Shown here in pieces: positions 55,101-64,000 of a stretch of DNA of 64,000 nucleotides (within the stretch, counting starts at the first letter, position 1; every line of letters starts with the position of its first letter). The stretch comes from Candidatus Porifericomitaceae bacterium (lineage in GTDB: Bacteria; Pseudomonadota; Gammaproteobacteria; Porifericomitales; Porifericomitaceae): NCBI GenBank assembly GCA_965212005.1, contig OZ243038.1:1760096-1824095 (forward strand), given 5' to 3'. Under the pieces are notes generated by a model, which was not told where the DNA came from, searched no databases, and worked only from the letters and a program-made list of their open reading frames with translations. Made by a program: the position numbers and the translations under genes.

Positions 55101-55640
55101 ATGGTGCGCTACGGATTACCGCTGGCCGCCTTCGTGCTGTTGCTGCTTTTATTCGGCATCGGGTTGCGCCTGGACGTGCGCAGCGTTCCTTCCCCGCTGA
55201 TCGGCAAGCCGTTGCCGGCGTTTACGCTGCCCCAGCTGCACAACCCGGAGCGCTTGGTGTACTCCGGCGAATGGGAAGGACAGGTGGTGTTGCTGAATGT
55301 ATGGGCTTCCTGGTGCGTGGCTTGCCGTGAGGAGCACCCGCTGCTGATCGAGTGGGCGCGGGACGCTGATTTTCCCTATCCTATCTACGGGCTGAACTAT
55401 AAGGATGACCGGCAGTTGGCGCTGCAGTGGCTGGCCCGCCTGGGTGATCCCTATCGGTACAGCGCCTACGATCCGGCTGGCAAGGCAGGCTTGGACCTGG
55501 GAGTGTACGGAGTGCCGGAAACTTACGTGCTGGACGCGACCGGTATCATCCGCTATAAGCACATTGGCCCGGTCACCCGGGCCGACTGGGAGCACAAGCT
55601 CCTGCCGCTGCTGACGAGCCTGGAGACACCGCCGGGATGA
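55101..55640 (+). CDS. ccmG: Thiol:disulfide interchange protein CcmG/DsbE
   Basis: PSPLIGK, NVWASWCVAC, NYKD, GVYGVPET. Confidence 0.95.
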   Translation: MVRYGLPLAAFVLLLLLFGIGLRLDVRSVPSPLIGKPLPAFTLPQLHNPERLVYSGEWEGQVVLLNVWASWCVACREEHPLLIEWARDADFPYPIYGLNYKDDRQLALQWLARLGDPYRYSAYDPAGKAGLDLGVYGVPETYVLDATGIIRYKHIGPVTRADWEHKLLPLLTSLETPPG

Positions 55641-56089
55641 GGGTGACGCTGCTCTTGCTGGTGGGATGGATGCTGGCCGGAGCACTGCCGGCCTGGCCTG
55701 CCGCGGACGTGCCGCTGGAATTCAGCAGCCTGGAGCAGGAACAGCGTTACTGGGATCTTTTACAGGAACTGCGCTGCATGGTGTGCCAGAACCAGTCCTT
55801 GGCCGACTCGCACGCCGATCTGGCGCAGGACATGCGCGATCAAGTGTATGGAATGATACAGAGTGATTACGATAATGAGCAGATCATCGGCTACCTGGTA
55901 AGCAGGTACGGTAATTTCGTACGCTACCGTCCTCCTTTCACTATCTCCACTTATGTGCTTTGGTTTGCTCCTTTGCTGATGGTGTTGGGCGCCGCCGTGT
56001 TCGTCACGCTGCTGGTGCGCCGCCGCTCCGGCAAGGCCGAAGGAGAGGCTGCCGGGCGGGAGCAGTCCACGGAACCGGGTGCCCTTTAG
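55637..56089 (+). CDS. ccmH: Cytochrome c biogenesis protein CcmH
   Basis: ELRCMVCQNQSLADS, RYGNFVRYRP. Confidence 0.95.
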   Translation: MRVTLLLLVGWMLAGALPAWPAADVPLEFSSLEQEQRYWDLLQELRCMVCQNQSLADSHADLAQDMRDQVYGMIQSDYDNEQIIGYLVSRYGNFVRYRPPFTISTYVLWFAPLLMVLGAAVFVTLLVRRRSGKAEGEAAGREQSTEPGAL

Positions 56090-57295
56090 ATGTTCTGGCT
56101 ATTGGCGGGCATGCTGCTGGGTGGCGCGGTTGTGCTCTTGTTCTATCAACTGCTGAGCACCCGCCCCGGGCAATTGCGCGTGCTGGGGGAACTGCGCATC
56201 TACCGGGAAAAGTTGGCCTGGCTGCACCGGGAACGGCAGCAGGGGCGTTTGCCTGATGAGCAGGAGGAGTCCTTGCGGCGCGACTTGGAGCGCACTCTAC
56301 TACAGGCCCTGGGCGAAGAAGCGATGGAGCCGCCGCGCGTGCGTTTACTGTGGCCCGCGCTGGGGCTCGTTGCGTTGCTGCCGTTGTTCGTCGTGGTCCT
56401 GTACATGGAGTTGGGCACCCCGCAACTCGCGCAGCTCCGGATGCAGGGGGAACCGCTTCCGGGTACCGCTGACCGCTCATCCGTTTCGCCGGATGAGCGC
56501 GTCAAACAGCTGGGTCTGTTCCTGCAGCAGCAGCCGGATCATGTCGATGCCTGGTTCGAGCTGGCGGAACTGCACATGGGGAGGGGGCAGTATTCGGAAG
56601 CGGCGCAGGCCGCAGAACGCCTGCATGCGTTGAGGAATGAAGATCCCAGGGCATTGCTGCTGTATGCCGACGCATTGGCCATGGCCCACGGAGGGCGTCT
56701 TCGGGGCCGTCCGGCCGAGTTGGTGGCGCAGGCTTTGGTGCTGGCACCGAACGATAAAGTCGCGCTGTGGTTGTCTGGCATGGCCGCCCGGGAGCAGGGG
56801 GACTCGGTAGCGGCGCTGCGCTATTGGCGCCAACTTGAGCCGGTACTGGAGGGGGAGGAATTGGATTCCCTGCAAGCGATGATCCAGGACGCCGCGGCGT
56901 CCTCCCAGGAGGAACCGGAAGCATCATTGCCGACTGCCGGGGAAGGTGCGGCCTTGCTACAGCTTGAAGTTTCGTTGCATGACTCCCTGCAGGAGCAGGT
57001 GCAGCCGGAGGATGCCGTCTATATATTCGCCCGTGCCCCTTCCGGGCCGCCGATGCCAGTAGCAGTGATGCGGAAACAGGTTCGAGATCTGCCGCTGCGC
57101 GTCACCCTGGACGATTCGATGGCAATCATGCCCACGCAGCGGCTCTCGGCTTTCGATCAGGTACAGGCAGGTGCTCGCATATCCTTCTCCGGCGATGCCC
57201 TGGCGCGCAGCGGTGACTTGCTGGCCACTCCGGTGAGCGCAACCGTGGGCGCGGTGGAGCCGGTTCAGCTCGTTATTGATCATGCACTGCCATAG
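56090..57295 (+). CDS. ccmI: Cytochrome c biogenesis protein CcmI/CycH (TPR)
   Basis: Two N-terminal TMs, TPR helices, VYIFARA..GPPMPVAV, LDDSMAIMP, ARIS.SGDA. Confidence 0.9.
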   Translation: MFWLLAGMLLGGAVVLLFYQLLSTRPGQLRVLGELRIYREKLAWLHRERQQGRLPDEQEESLRRDLERTLLQALGEEAMEPPRVRLLWPALGLVALLPLFVVVLYMELGTPQLAQLRMQGEPLPGTADRSSVSPDERVKQLGLFLQQQPDHVDAWFELAELHMGRGQYSEAAQAAERLHALRNEDPRALLLYADALAMAHGGRLRGRPAELVAQALVLAPNDKVALWLSGMAAREQGDSVAALRYWRQLEPVLEGEELDSLQAMIQDAAASSQEEPEASLPTAGEGAALLQLEVSLHDSLQEQVQPEDAVYIFARAPSGPPMPVAVMRKQVRDLPLRVTLDDSMAIMPTQRLSAFDQVQAGARISFSGDALARSGDLLATPVSATVGAVEPVQLVIDHALP

Positions 57296-57555
57296 CCTGC
57301 GGTCTGTTGTCCAATAGGGGTAGGACCGGGCGGGATTTAGCAGCCGTTCGAGAGCGAAAGCATGGCGGTAGCCAGGCTGGAAGGATTGGCCCGTTGGTAA
57401 AAAGACCGGCCGGGGCAGGTGCACCGGGCACAGCCTGCCAGGCATAAATTGCCGCGTGGTTTACCGAGTATAGTGAGTAAAGCCGGCGTGTATTCGGTGG
57501 CCCGCCGGTAGCGCGTTTGCGCGGCTTCGATGCGCGTTTTGCCGGGCACCGGCCA

Positions 57556-58332
57556 TTAACGGGCCGTCCACCCACCGTCCACTTTAAGGCTGGCTCCCGT
57601 GATGAGTGCCGCAGCATCCGAGGCCAGAAAGACGACGGCGTTGGCAACGTCGTGAGGGTTGCCAATTTTACCCAATGGGATATTGGCGGTAATGAATCGC
57701 TTAAACGCTGCATCACTGAACATAGGCTCGGTCATCGGCGTTTCAATAAACGTTGGAGCGACGGAGTTCACTCGTATGGATTCTGCCGCGAATTCGATGG
57801 CCAGGGCCTTGGTTAACCCTTCCACTGCATGCTTGCTGGCGCAATATACGGTTCTATCAGGCGCCCCCACGTGTCCCATTTGCGAAGACAGGTTAATAAT
57901 ACTGCCACCGTTCCCTTGCTGCAGCATGATGCCTACGACTTTTTGGGTGATTTTGAATAACGTACTGACGTTGAGGTTCCATATTTTTTCCAGCGTCTCC
58001 GGTGACACTTCCAGGAAGGGCTGCGGAATATTCGTCCCCAGGTTGTTAACCAATACGTCCAGGGGTTTGAAGTTTTCAATTTCGCTCAGGAACCCTGTGC
58101 GGGAAGCGTCTGCCGGAAAGGGAGTTAGCAGGCTGCCGGCTTCCTTTTGCAGGGAAGCCAGGTCGCTCTCACTGCGGGCTACGGCAATTACTTCCGCGCC
58201 ACAGGCAACCAGTCCGAGGGAGCATTGACGGCCAATTCCCCTGGAAGCCCCGGTCACCAGGGCGCGTTTCCCCGTTAACAGATCAGCTTGAAAGGGATGC
58301 TTGTAAGTTTTTGTATTGACTGGAATTTTCAT
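57556..58332 (-). CDS. SDR oxidoreductase (resembles HpsO-type SDRs)
   Basis: TGASRGIG, basic AR after beta2 (NADP preference), SSQMGHVG, YCASK, VDGG. Confidence 0.88.
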   Translation of the reverse strand: MKIPVNTKTYKHPFQADLLTGKRALVTGASRGIGRQCSLGLVACGAEVIAVARSESDLASLQKEAGSLLTPFPADASRTGFLSEIENFKPLDVLVNNLGTNIPQPFLEVSPETLEKIWNLNVSTLFKITQKVVGIMLQQGNGGSIINLSSQMGHVGAPDRTVYCASKHAVEGLTKALAIEFAAESIRVNSVAPTFIETPMTEPMFSDAAFKRFITANIPLGKIGNPHDVANAVVFLASDAAALITGASLKVDGGWTAR

Positions 58333-58576
58333 AATGTACCGGCTTCAACCCTGGGTGCCCTGCGCGAAACAGGAGCCTCCACCGGTGGAGATTTTCGTCA
58401 TCTAAACTCAATGGTGGGAAACGACAATGCTTCGGCTGTTAAGGGAACGGGGGACGGTATTTGCGTCCGGGTGCCATTTTACTCTACCTTACCCGGGTGC
58501 AAAATAGTAAGTGCAGCCGGAACGTGAACGCTGTTTCGGTAATTTTCCGCTTGATTTTTCCACGGGAGAATCGGAC

Positions 58577-59857
58577 ATGATACGTAAACTAAAGGAGGGT
58601 GTCAGCTGTGAGCAGGCTGTTTCTGATGACACCAGGGTAAGGAAAACAGTGGAGTCCATCCTGGCGGATATTCAGATGAAAGGTGATGCCGCCGTTCGTG
58701 AATACGCTAAAAAATTCGACCACTGGGAAGGTGAGACCTTCCTCCTTTCTAAAACCGAAATCGATGCCTGCTACCAGCGCCTGGATGCGCAGGTGATTGC
58801 CGACGTTCAATTTGCGCAGGAGCAAGTGCGGAACTTTGCTCTTGTGCAAAAGGATGCTATCAGGGAAGTGGAGGTTGAGACGCTTCCGGGTGTCGTGTTG
58901 GGCCATAGGAACATCCCGGTGGACCGCGTTGGTTGCTATGTCCCGGGAGGCAAGTACCCGCTGGTGGCCTCGGCCCACATGAGCGTGGTGACTGCGAAGG
59001 TGGCAGGTGTAAAGGAAATTATCGCATGTGCGCCGCCATTCCACGGGGAGCCCAATCCCGCCATCGTTGCAGCCATGGACATGGGAGGCGCCGATGAAAT
59101 TTATTGCCTGGGTGGAGTGCAGGCAGTGGGTGCCATGGCGCTGGGAACAGAGTCGATAGCCCCGGTTGATATGCTGGTCGGCCCCGGGAACGCCTTCGTT
59201 GCTGAAGCAAAGAGACAATTATTTGGACGCGTCGGAATTGACCTTCTGGCGGGACCGACCGAAACTTTAATCATTGCCGATGAAACCGTGGATGGAGAGC
59301 TTTGTGCTACCGACCTGCTTGGGCAGGCGGAGCATGGGCCTACTTCTCCAGCGGTGTTGCTGACAAACTCCGAGAAATTGGCCCGGGATACCATGGACCA
59401 GGTTGAAGTCCAGCTAAAGAAATTGCCTACCGCTGAAATCGCCGGAAAGGCGTGGCGGGACTATGGACAAGTGATCGTCTGTGACAACTACGAGGAAATG
59501 CTGCAAACGGCCGATGATATTGCCTCCGAGCACGTCCAGGTGATGACTCGAGATCCGGACTACTTCCTGAACAACATGAAGAATTACGGTGCCCTGTTTC
59601 TTGGCCCGCAGACAAACGTTTCTTATGGCGACAAAGTGGTTGGAACCAATCACACGCTGCCTACCAGGAAAGCGGCGCGTTACACGGGTGGTTTGTGGGT
59701 GGGAAAGTTCATCAAAACCTGCACCTACCAGCGCCTGACTGAGTCAGCCTCGCGGTACATCGGCGAGTATTGTTCCAGGCTTTGTGCCCTGGAAGGTTTC
59801 ATGGGCCACAAGGCCCAGGCGGATATCCGGGTGCAGCGCTATAGTGAAGGGAAATAG
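58577..59857 (+). CDS. Histidinol dehydrogenase paralogue (HisD/HpsN-like 4-electron alcohol dehydrogenase)
   Basis: [42 protein letters not shown] (GDK where HisD has GDY); no his genes adjacent. Confidence 0.85.
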   Translation: MIRKLKEGVSCEQAVSDDTRVRKTVESILADIQMKGDAAVREYAKKFDHWEGETFLLSKTEIDACYQRLDAQVIADVQFAQEQVRNFALVQKDAIREVEVETLPGVVLGHRNIPVDRVGCYVPGGKYPLVASAHMSVVTAKVAGVKEIIACAPPFHGEPNPAIVAAMDMGGADEIYCLGGVQAVGAMALGTESIAPVDMLVGPGNAFVAEAKRQLFGRVGIDLLAGPTETLIIADETVDGELCATDLLGQAEHGPTSPAVLLTNSEKLARDTMDQVEVQLKKLPTAEIAGKAWRDYGQVIVCDNYEEMLQTADDIASEHVQVMTRDPDYFLNNMKNYGALFLGPQTNVSYGDKVVGTNHTLPTRKAARYTGGLWVGKFIKTCTYQRLTESASRYIGEYCSRLCALEGFMGHKAQADIRVQRYSEGK

Positions 59858-60265
59858 CCGCGTTTGAGGTCGATGTCCGTTCGATGGTTGTGGGCAGTGA
59901 GGTGTTTTCACCAGGCTGATACATGTTTCGGTGAGGGTTGCGAGTCGGGAGAGCGCCGGCTTGGTTGCCGCTCTTTTGTCAGCACTGGAAAAGCAGATGT
60001 TTGCTGCTCGGCCAGTACGGCATAGTGGGGAAACAGCCGTAACACCATTCACATGTAAGGATAAAAGTTGCCGGGGCAGCAGGTGACCGCGACTGGGGAC
60101 GCCGGCAGGCTGACCGGGAAGCCAATGAAAGGCGGTTATCCGGCAGCCGGTGCGTGGCCGGTACCGGCGACGTGCAGCGTATAGGGCGGATTTTGACGCT
60201 CCGGCGCAAAAGGGGCGATTGATCGGTAAATTGTGTTTGAGCCGCTTCCTGGAAAAGTTCCAACG

Positions 60266-60979
60266 ATGTCTTTCAACCCATTGCCCTTGATATTATTGCC
60301 GGGTGCCTTGTGTGACGAGACCTTGTTTCAGCCCCAAGTGGCGCATTTCAGTGCTGATCGACCGGTATTGGTGGGTGACTTTAGTGATTGCGATTCGATA
60401 CAGAAAATGGCGAAAAAAATACTACGCGCCGCACCGGACACCTTTGCCCTTGCCGGTTTGTCAATGGGAGGCATTGTCGCTTTTGAGATCATGCGTTGCG
60501 CATCAGAAAGAGTGGAGCGCCTGGCGTTACTGGATACCAATCCCCGTGCCGAGTCGTCGGATCGAAAGTTGATGAGAGCGGAACAGATGCAGACAGTTGA
60601 AGCGGGCGGCGTGGAAGCACTGCTGTACCTGGTTGAATCTTTCTATTTTCCCCGCTACGTGTCCCCGGCAAGACTGGACGATGAATCATTGAAGGGCGTT
60701 GTCATGGCAATGGCGAGAAAAGGCGGTTTGAAAGCGTTTTTCGAGCAATGGCAGGCATTGCTGGGCAGGCCGGACAGTGGCCATATCCTCCCGCGAATTC
60801 AATGCCCGACGCTGGTCCTGTGTGGCGAGCATGATGCAATGTGCGCCCCGGAGGTCCATCGTGCGATGGCGCAAGAGATTCCTGACTCGAGCCTGCAGAT
60901 TGTTCCCGGCAGCGGACACCTGAGCACCCTGGAGGCTCCGGGAGAGGTGAATGCCTTACTGGAAGGCTGGCTGAACTGA
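60266..60979 (+). CDS. Alpha/beta fold hydrolase
   Basis: LPGALCD, GLSMGG nucleophile elbow, CGEHD, SGHLSTLE. Confidence 0.9.
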   Translation: MSFNPLPLILLPGALCDETLFQPQVAHFSADRPVLVGDFSDCDSIQKMAKKILRAAPDTFALAGLSMGGIVAFEIMRCASERVERLALLDTNPRAESSDRKLMRAEQMQTVEAGGVEALLYLVESFYFPRYVSPARLDDESLKGVVMAMARKGGLKAFFEQWQALLGRPDSGHILPRIQCPTLVLCGEHDAMCAPEVHRAMAQEIPDSSLQIVPGSGHLSTLEAPGEVNALLEGWLN

Positions 60980-61761
60980 TGGCGAAATCAGATCCGCATA
61001 ATGATTTTCGCCGGCGCCTGCTTGAGGGCGAGTTGCTGGTCGGAACTTTTGTGAAATCGCCTTCAATGGTGGTGGCGGAGGTTCTGGCGCAAACAGAGCT
61101 GGACGTCCTTTGTTTTGATACGGAGCATGCACCGTTTGATCGCAGGGATACGGACGCCACGTTGCTGGCGTGCAGGCACGCAGCCAAGCCTGCGCTGGTG
61201 CGCGTGCCCTCGAGCGCGCCCGAACACACCCTGAATGCCTTGGATTGTGGCGCCACGGGTATTGTTGTACCCCACGTGAGCAGCGTGGAAAGCGCCCGGT
61301 CGTGCGTGGCGAATGCTCGTTACGCAAGCGCGGGTAGAAGTTATGCGGGCTCTCCACGGGCGGCTGGATACGGCGCTAACAGCATCGCCCAAAACGTACA
61401 AAGCAATAAAAGAGATACGACGGTTATTACTCAAATTGAAGACCTTGACGCCTTGGATTGCATAAGTGAGATCGCCGGGGTGAAAGGCATCGACTGCTTC
61501 TTCATCGGCATGATGGACTTGACGCTTGCGTTGAATGCGAACAGTGCGCAGGACTCATCCGTCATTGAGGCGGCTGAAGGTATTTGCGATGCCGTGCGAT
61601 CTGCCGGTGGCAGGCTGGGAATATTTATTCCCCTGGTTCAGGATCTTCCTTTCTGGCTGGACCGGGGGGTTACCTTGTTTCTACTGGCTTCCGATCACGT
61701 GTTTATCAAGCAGGGAGCCGCGCAACTGGTTCACGACGTCCGGGAACATTTTCCCCGGTGA
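60979..61761 (+). CDS. HpcH/HpaI class II pyruvate aldolase family protein
   Basis: FDTEHAP, LVRV, LDCGATGIVVPHV, QIED, FIGMMDL; coupled to hydrolase by TGATG overlap. Confidence 0.88.
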   Translation: MAKSDPHNDFRRRLLEGELLVGTFVKSPSMVVAEVLAQTELDVLCFDTEHAPFDRRDTDATLLACRHAAKPALVRVPSSAPEHTLNALDCGATGIVVPHVSSVESARSCVANARYASAGRSYAGSPRAAGYGANSIAQNVQSNKRDTTVITQIEDLDALDCISEIAGVKGIDCFFIGMMDLTLALNANSAQDSSVIEAAEGICDAVRSAGGRLGIFIPLVQDLPFWLDRGVTLFLLASDHVFIKQGAAQLVHDVREHFPR

Positions 61762-62142
61762 CGCCGTGCAGGCTAGAGTTTTCGATCTGCCCGGGGATCG
61801 GAATTGATCCTTCCCGCCCGCAACGATTGGACTGATACAGGTTGCCTTTTCCTTTCAGGGGCAGTTGGCGGTTGGCGGGGCTTCGTTACAGCTTCGGACC
61901 CGGCGTTGCCGGATTGATAATGGAATATGAGTCCGCGTGGGGTGCGCGCAACGGAAGGTGTGACGGTTCAATGAGCCTGCGGCGGGTCATGGATGCGTGC
62001 ATGGGCAAGGGACTGCCGGAGACCAGGCGATTCATCGTGCATGAGACGGCAGAGCTACGCCGGATACAAAGAGACCTGCCGGGGCAGGCCAAGGCGGCCT
62101 GTTACGCTGCGTGCTGAGCGCCGCAACTGCAGCGATCGGATT

Positions 62143-63270
62143 TCAACCGGCTAATACCGCGCCCTGGGCCAGTGCTTCCAGCTTGGCATAAGTGATCTCA
62201 ACGTCCACTGCGCCAAAGCCGGCGAAGGTTCCAAAGCCGCAATCCGATCCGGCGACGACCCTTTCCCTGCCTACGATGTCAGTAAACCGGCGAATGCGCT
62301 GGGCAACCAACTCCGGATGCTCCACGAAGTTGGTGGTGCTGTCGATCACGCCGGGAACCAGCACCTTATCATCGGGGATCGCGTTTTTGCGCTCACGAAA
62401 AACGATCCATTCGTGAGCATGGCGGGGGTTGGAAGTCTCGAACAGAAGATAGCGCGCCTTAATGCTCATGAGGGTGTTAAACACCTTGCTCATGGGGATG
62501 TCGCAAATGTGCGGTCCCTCGTAGTTGCCCCAGCAGATATGCACCCGAACGCGCCCGGGATTAATGCCTCGCAGGGCATCATTCAGTACCTCCACGTGGC
62601 TGTCTGCAATTTTGACGAATTCCTCGTCAGACAGGTCATTAAACAGCATGTGCCGTGACAGTGCCAAATCGGGGCAATCCAACTGCAGCAGCAGGCCGGA
62701 ATCGACTATGGCCTCATACTCCGGCTTCATGGCTTCCCCCAGCGCCGCCAGGTAATTTTCACGACTGGCGTAGTGCCGGTTTGGCAGAAACAGGGCAATA
62801 ACACCCGGCGAAGCCGCGTTCATAAAGCCTTCCGCGGCACCGTGTTTGTGCATCGCCGATTTGAGATTATCGATATCAGCGTGCAGGTCGTTGTAGTTTT
62901 TTGCCTTGACCTCACCGGTGCAAAACGGTCTTGCGTATTGCGGGGTGCCCCCGCTGGCGGCGATGCGCTGTAGAAAGGCAGGGAATAATTGCAAGTCCCT
63001 GGGAGGGTTTCGGGGACTGTCACCGCTGAAGCCGTGGTAGCGGTCTTTAACGTAGGTGGCGTAGGATATTTTTGACGTCTCGCCGTCGGAAACAACGTCA
63101 ATCCCGGCCTTGACCTGCCTCGCCACCGTGGCATCCACGTTCTTCGCCATGACGGTGGAAAACACGGCCTGATCGCAGGGGCTCCCCTTATCGCGGGCGA
63201 AAATACAGTCAACTACCTCCTGGCTGCGCGGCAGGGAGCCGACGTGAGTGGTTAAAATACGGTCAGGCAC
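62143..63270 (-). CDS. Cobalamin-independent methionine synthase II family (single-barrel MetE-like Zn enzyme)
   Basis: TTHVGSLPR, SDGE, LQLDCP, HICWGNY, FE, PGVID, VEHPELVA, SDCGFG. Confidence 0.88.
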   Translation of the reverse strand: MPDRILTTHVGSLPRSQEVVDCIFARDKGSPCDQAVFSTVMAKNVDATVARQVKAGIDVVSDGETSKISYATYVKDRYHGFSGDSPRNPPRDLQLFPAFLQRIAASGGTPQYARPFCTGEVKAKNYNDLHADIDNLKSAMHKHGAAEGFMNAASPGVIALFLPNRHYASRENYLAALGEAMKPEYEAIVDSGLLLQLDCPDLALSRHMLFNDLSDEEFVKIADSHVEVLNDALRGINPGRVRVHICWGNYEGPHICDIPMSKVFNTLMSIKARYLLFETSNPRHAHEWIVFRERKNAIPDDKVLVPGVIDSTTNFVEHPELVAQRIRRFTDIVGRERVVAGSDCGFGTFAGFGAVDVEITYAKLEALAQGAVLAG

Positions 63271-64000
63271 CGGTACTTACCGCTTCGGATTGCGCGGCCC
63301 GAAGCCGGGCCCGGTAGACTTGGGTGAACACCGATAATTCATCAAACAGGGTCCACTCTTCCTGGATTTTTCCATGTTCAACGAGGTAATGGCTTGCTCC
63401 GAGGATGAATATTTCGGCACCCGTGGGAGGACCGTACAACGCAGCGCCCTGGTGCTTGCCTGACAGCGTCCAACGCACTGCCAGGTCGATTTTCTGCCCA
63501 GGCTTGCTGACGCCGTGGCTCGGCTGACAGCACACGTGATCCACTGAGAACCTGAGCGTGGACAGGGTCCCCAAAAGCTGTAGATAAAACTCGGCAATTT
63601 CCCGCTGCCCCTTCAATATTCTCCCGGCCGGAGCGCATAAGCGGGCATTTTCGGCATAGTTTTGATAGACGTCGCCCAGCATTCGGGCGTTCCAGATGTT
63701 TTGCAGCACGCTGCGAATGAACGACTCGGGCTCTTCCTGCGCACCAGCGCTGAATTCGATGCGCCTCCGGTCAATTTTGGAGAGGCGTTCGAGTTCACTG
63801 TTTTGCCAGTTGACAAGGCGTTCGGTGGGGGCGCTCTGCGCCTGTTTCCTGGCTACCGCGTGAGGATCCAAACCCAGTTGTTTGACCAGGGAAAGGTTGT
63901 CGCGTACCAGCCATTCCTCAACAACTTTATTGGCCTTAACAATGCAATGGGCGATAGTGTAGATGGCGGCGTGCCTGTTCGTGGCGCCGCCAAAGCCACT
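63263..64000 (-). CDS. SnoaL-like ester cyclase family protein (two domains), 5'-truncated by window edge
   Basis: Frame open to 64000: VVEEWLVRDN...QLG then AVRWTLSGKHQG..LYGPPTG, KIQEEWTLFDE. Confidence 0.82.
   Translation of the reverse strand, partial: SGFGGATNRHAAIYTIAHCIVKANKVVEEWLVRDNLSLVKQLGLDPHAVARKQAQSAPTERLVNWQNSELERLSKIDRRRIEFSAGAQEEPESFIRSVLQNIWNARMLGDVYQNYAENARLCAPAGRILKGQREIAEFYLQLLGTLSTLRFSVDHVCCQPSHGVSKPGQKIDLAVRWTLSGKHQGAALYGPPTGAEIFILGASHYLVEHGKIQEEWTLFDELSVFTQVYRARLRAAQSEAVSTGA

Noticed and set aside
58577-59857. Calling this biosynthetic hisD
   Set aside because: GDK instead of GDY, and catabolic rather than his-operon context
59858-60265. 400-bp gap between the HisD-like gene and the hydrolase as a possible riboswitch or small gene
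   Set aside because: No recognisable RNA motif or credible ORF by eye

Overview
High-GC chromosomal segment of a gammaproteobacterium (16S rRNA, and gene orders such as DUF2066-hda, lnt-corC-ybeY-phoH-miaB, argC-DUF6776-bactofilin, ilvIHC-psd-pssA, ccmA-I). Housekeeping genes are interleaved with five unusual parts. (1) A compact serine-cycle operon (sgaA-mcl-mtkA-mtkB-hpr-like-ppc). (2) An accessory patch near tRNA-Met: GAF/HD-GYP gene, copB, frameshifted copA and the scar of a deleted type I-G (I-U) CRISPR-Cas locus (cas3 stub joined to one repeat). (3) A split rRNA locus in which 16S-tRNAIle is separated from tRNAAla-23S-5S by about 4 kb holding a Pho-box-preceded phosphate porin, an orphan ORF, a GST and an apparent empty duplicate of the 23S-5S promoter/terminator unit. 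(4) A decayed gene reconstructable as a Calx-beta + cytochrome c5 fusion directly before the ccm operon. (5) An orphan catabolic cluster at the right edge (SDR, HisD/HpsN-like dehydrogenase, alpha/beta hydrolase, HpcH aldolase, MetE-like Zn enzyme, SnoaL-like protein) with unknown substrate. All calls come from reading motifs by eye; no searches were run.
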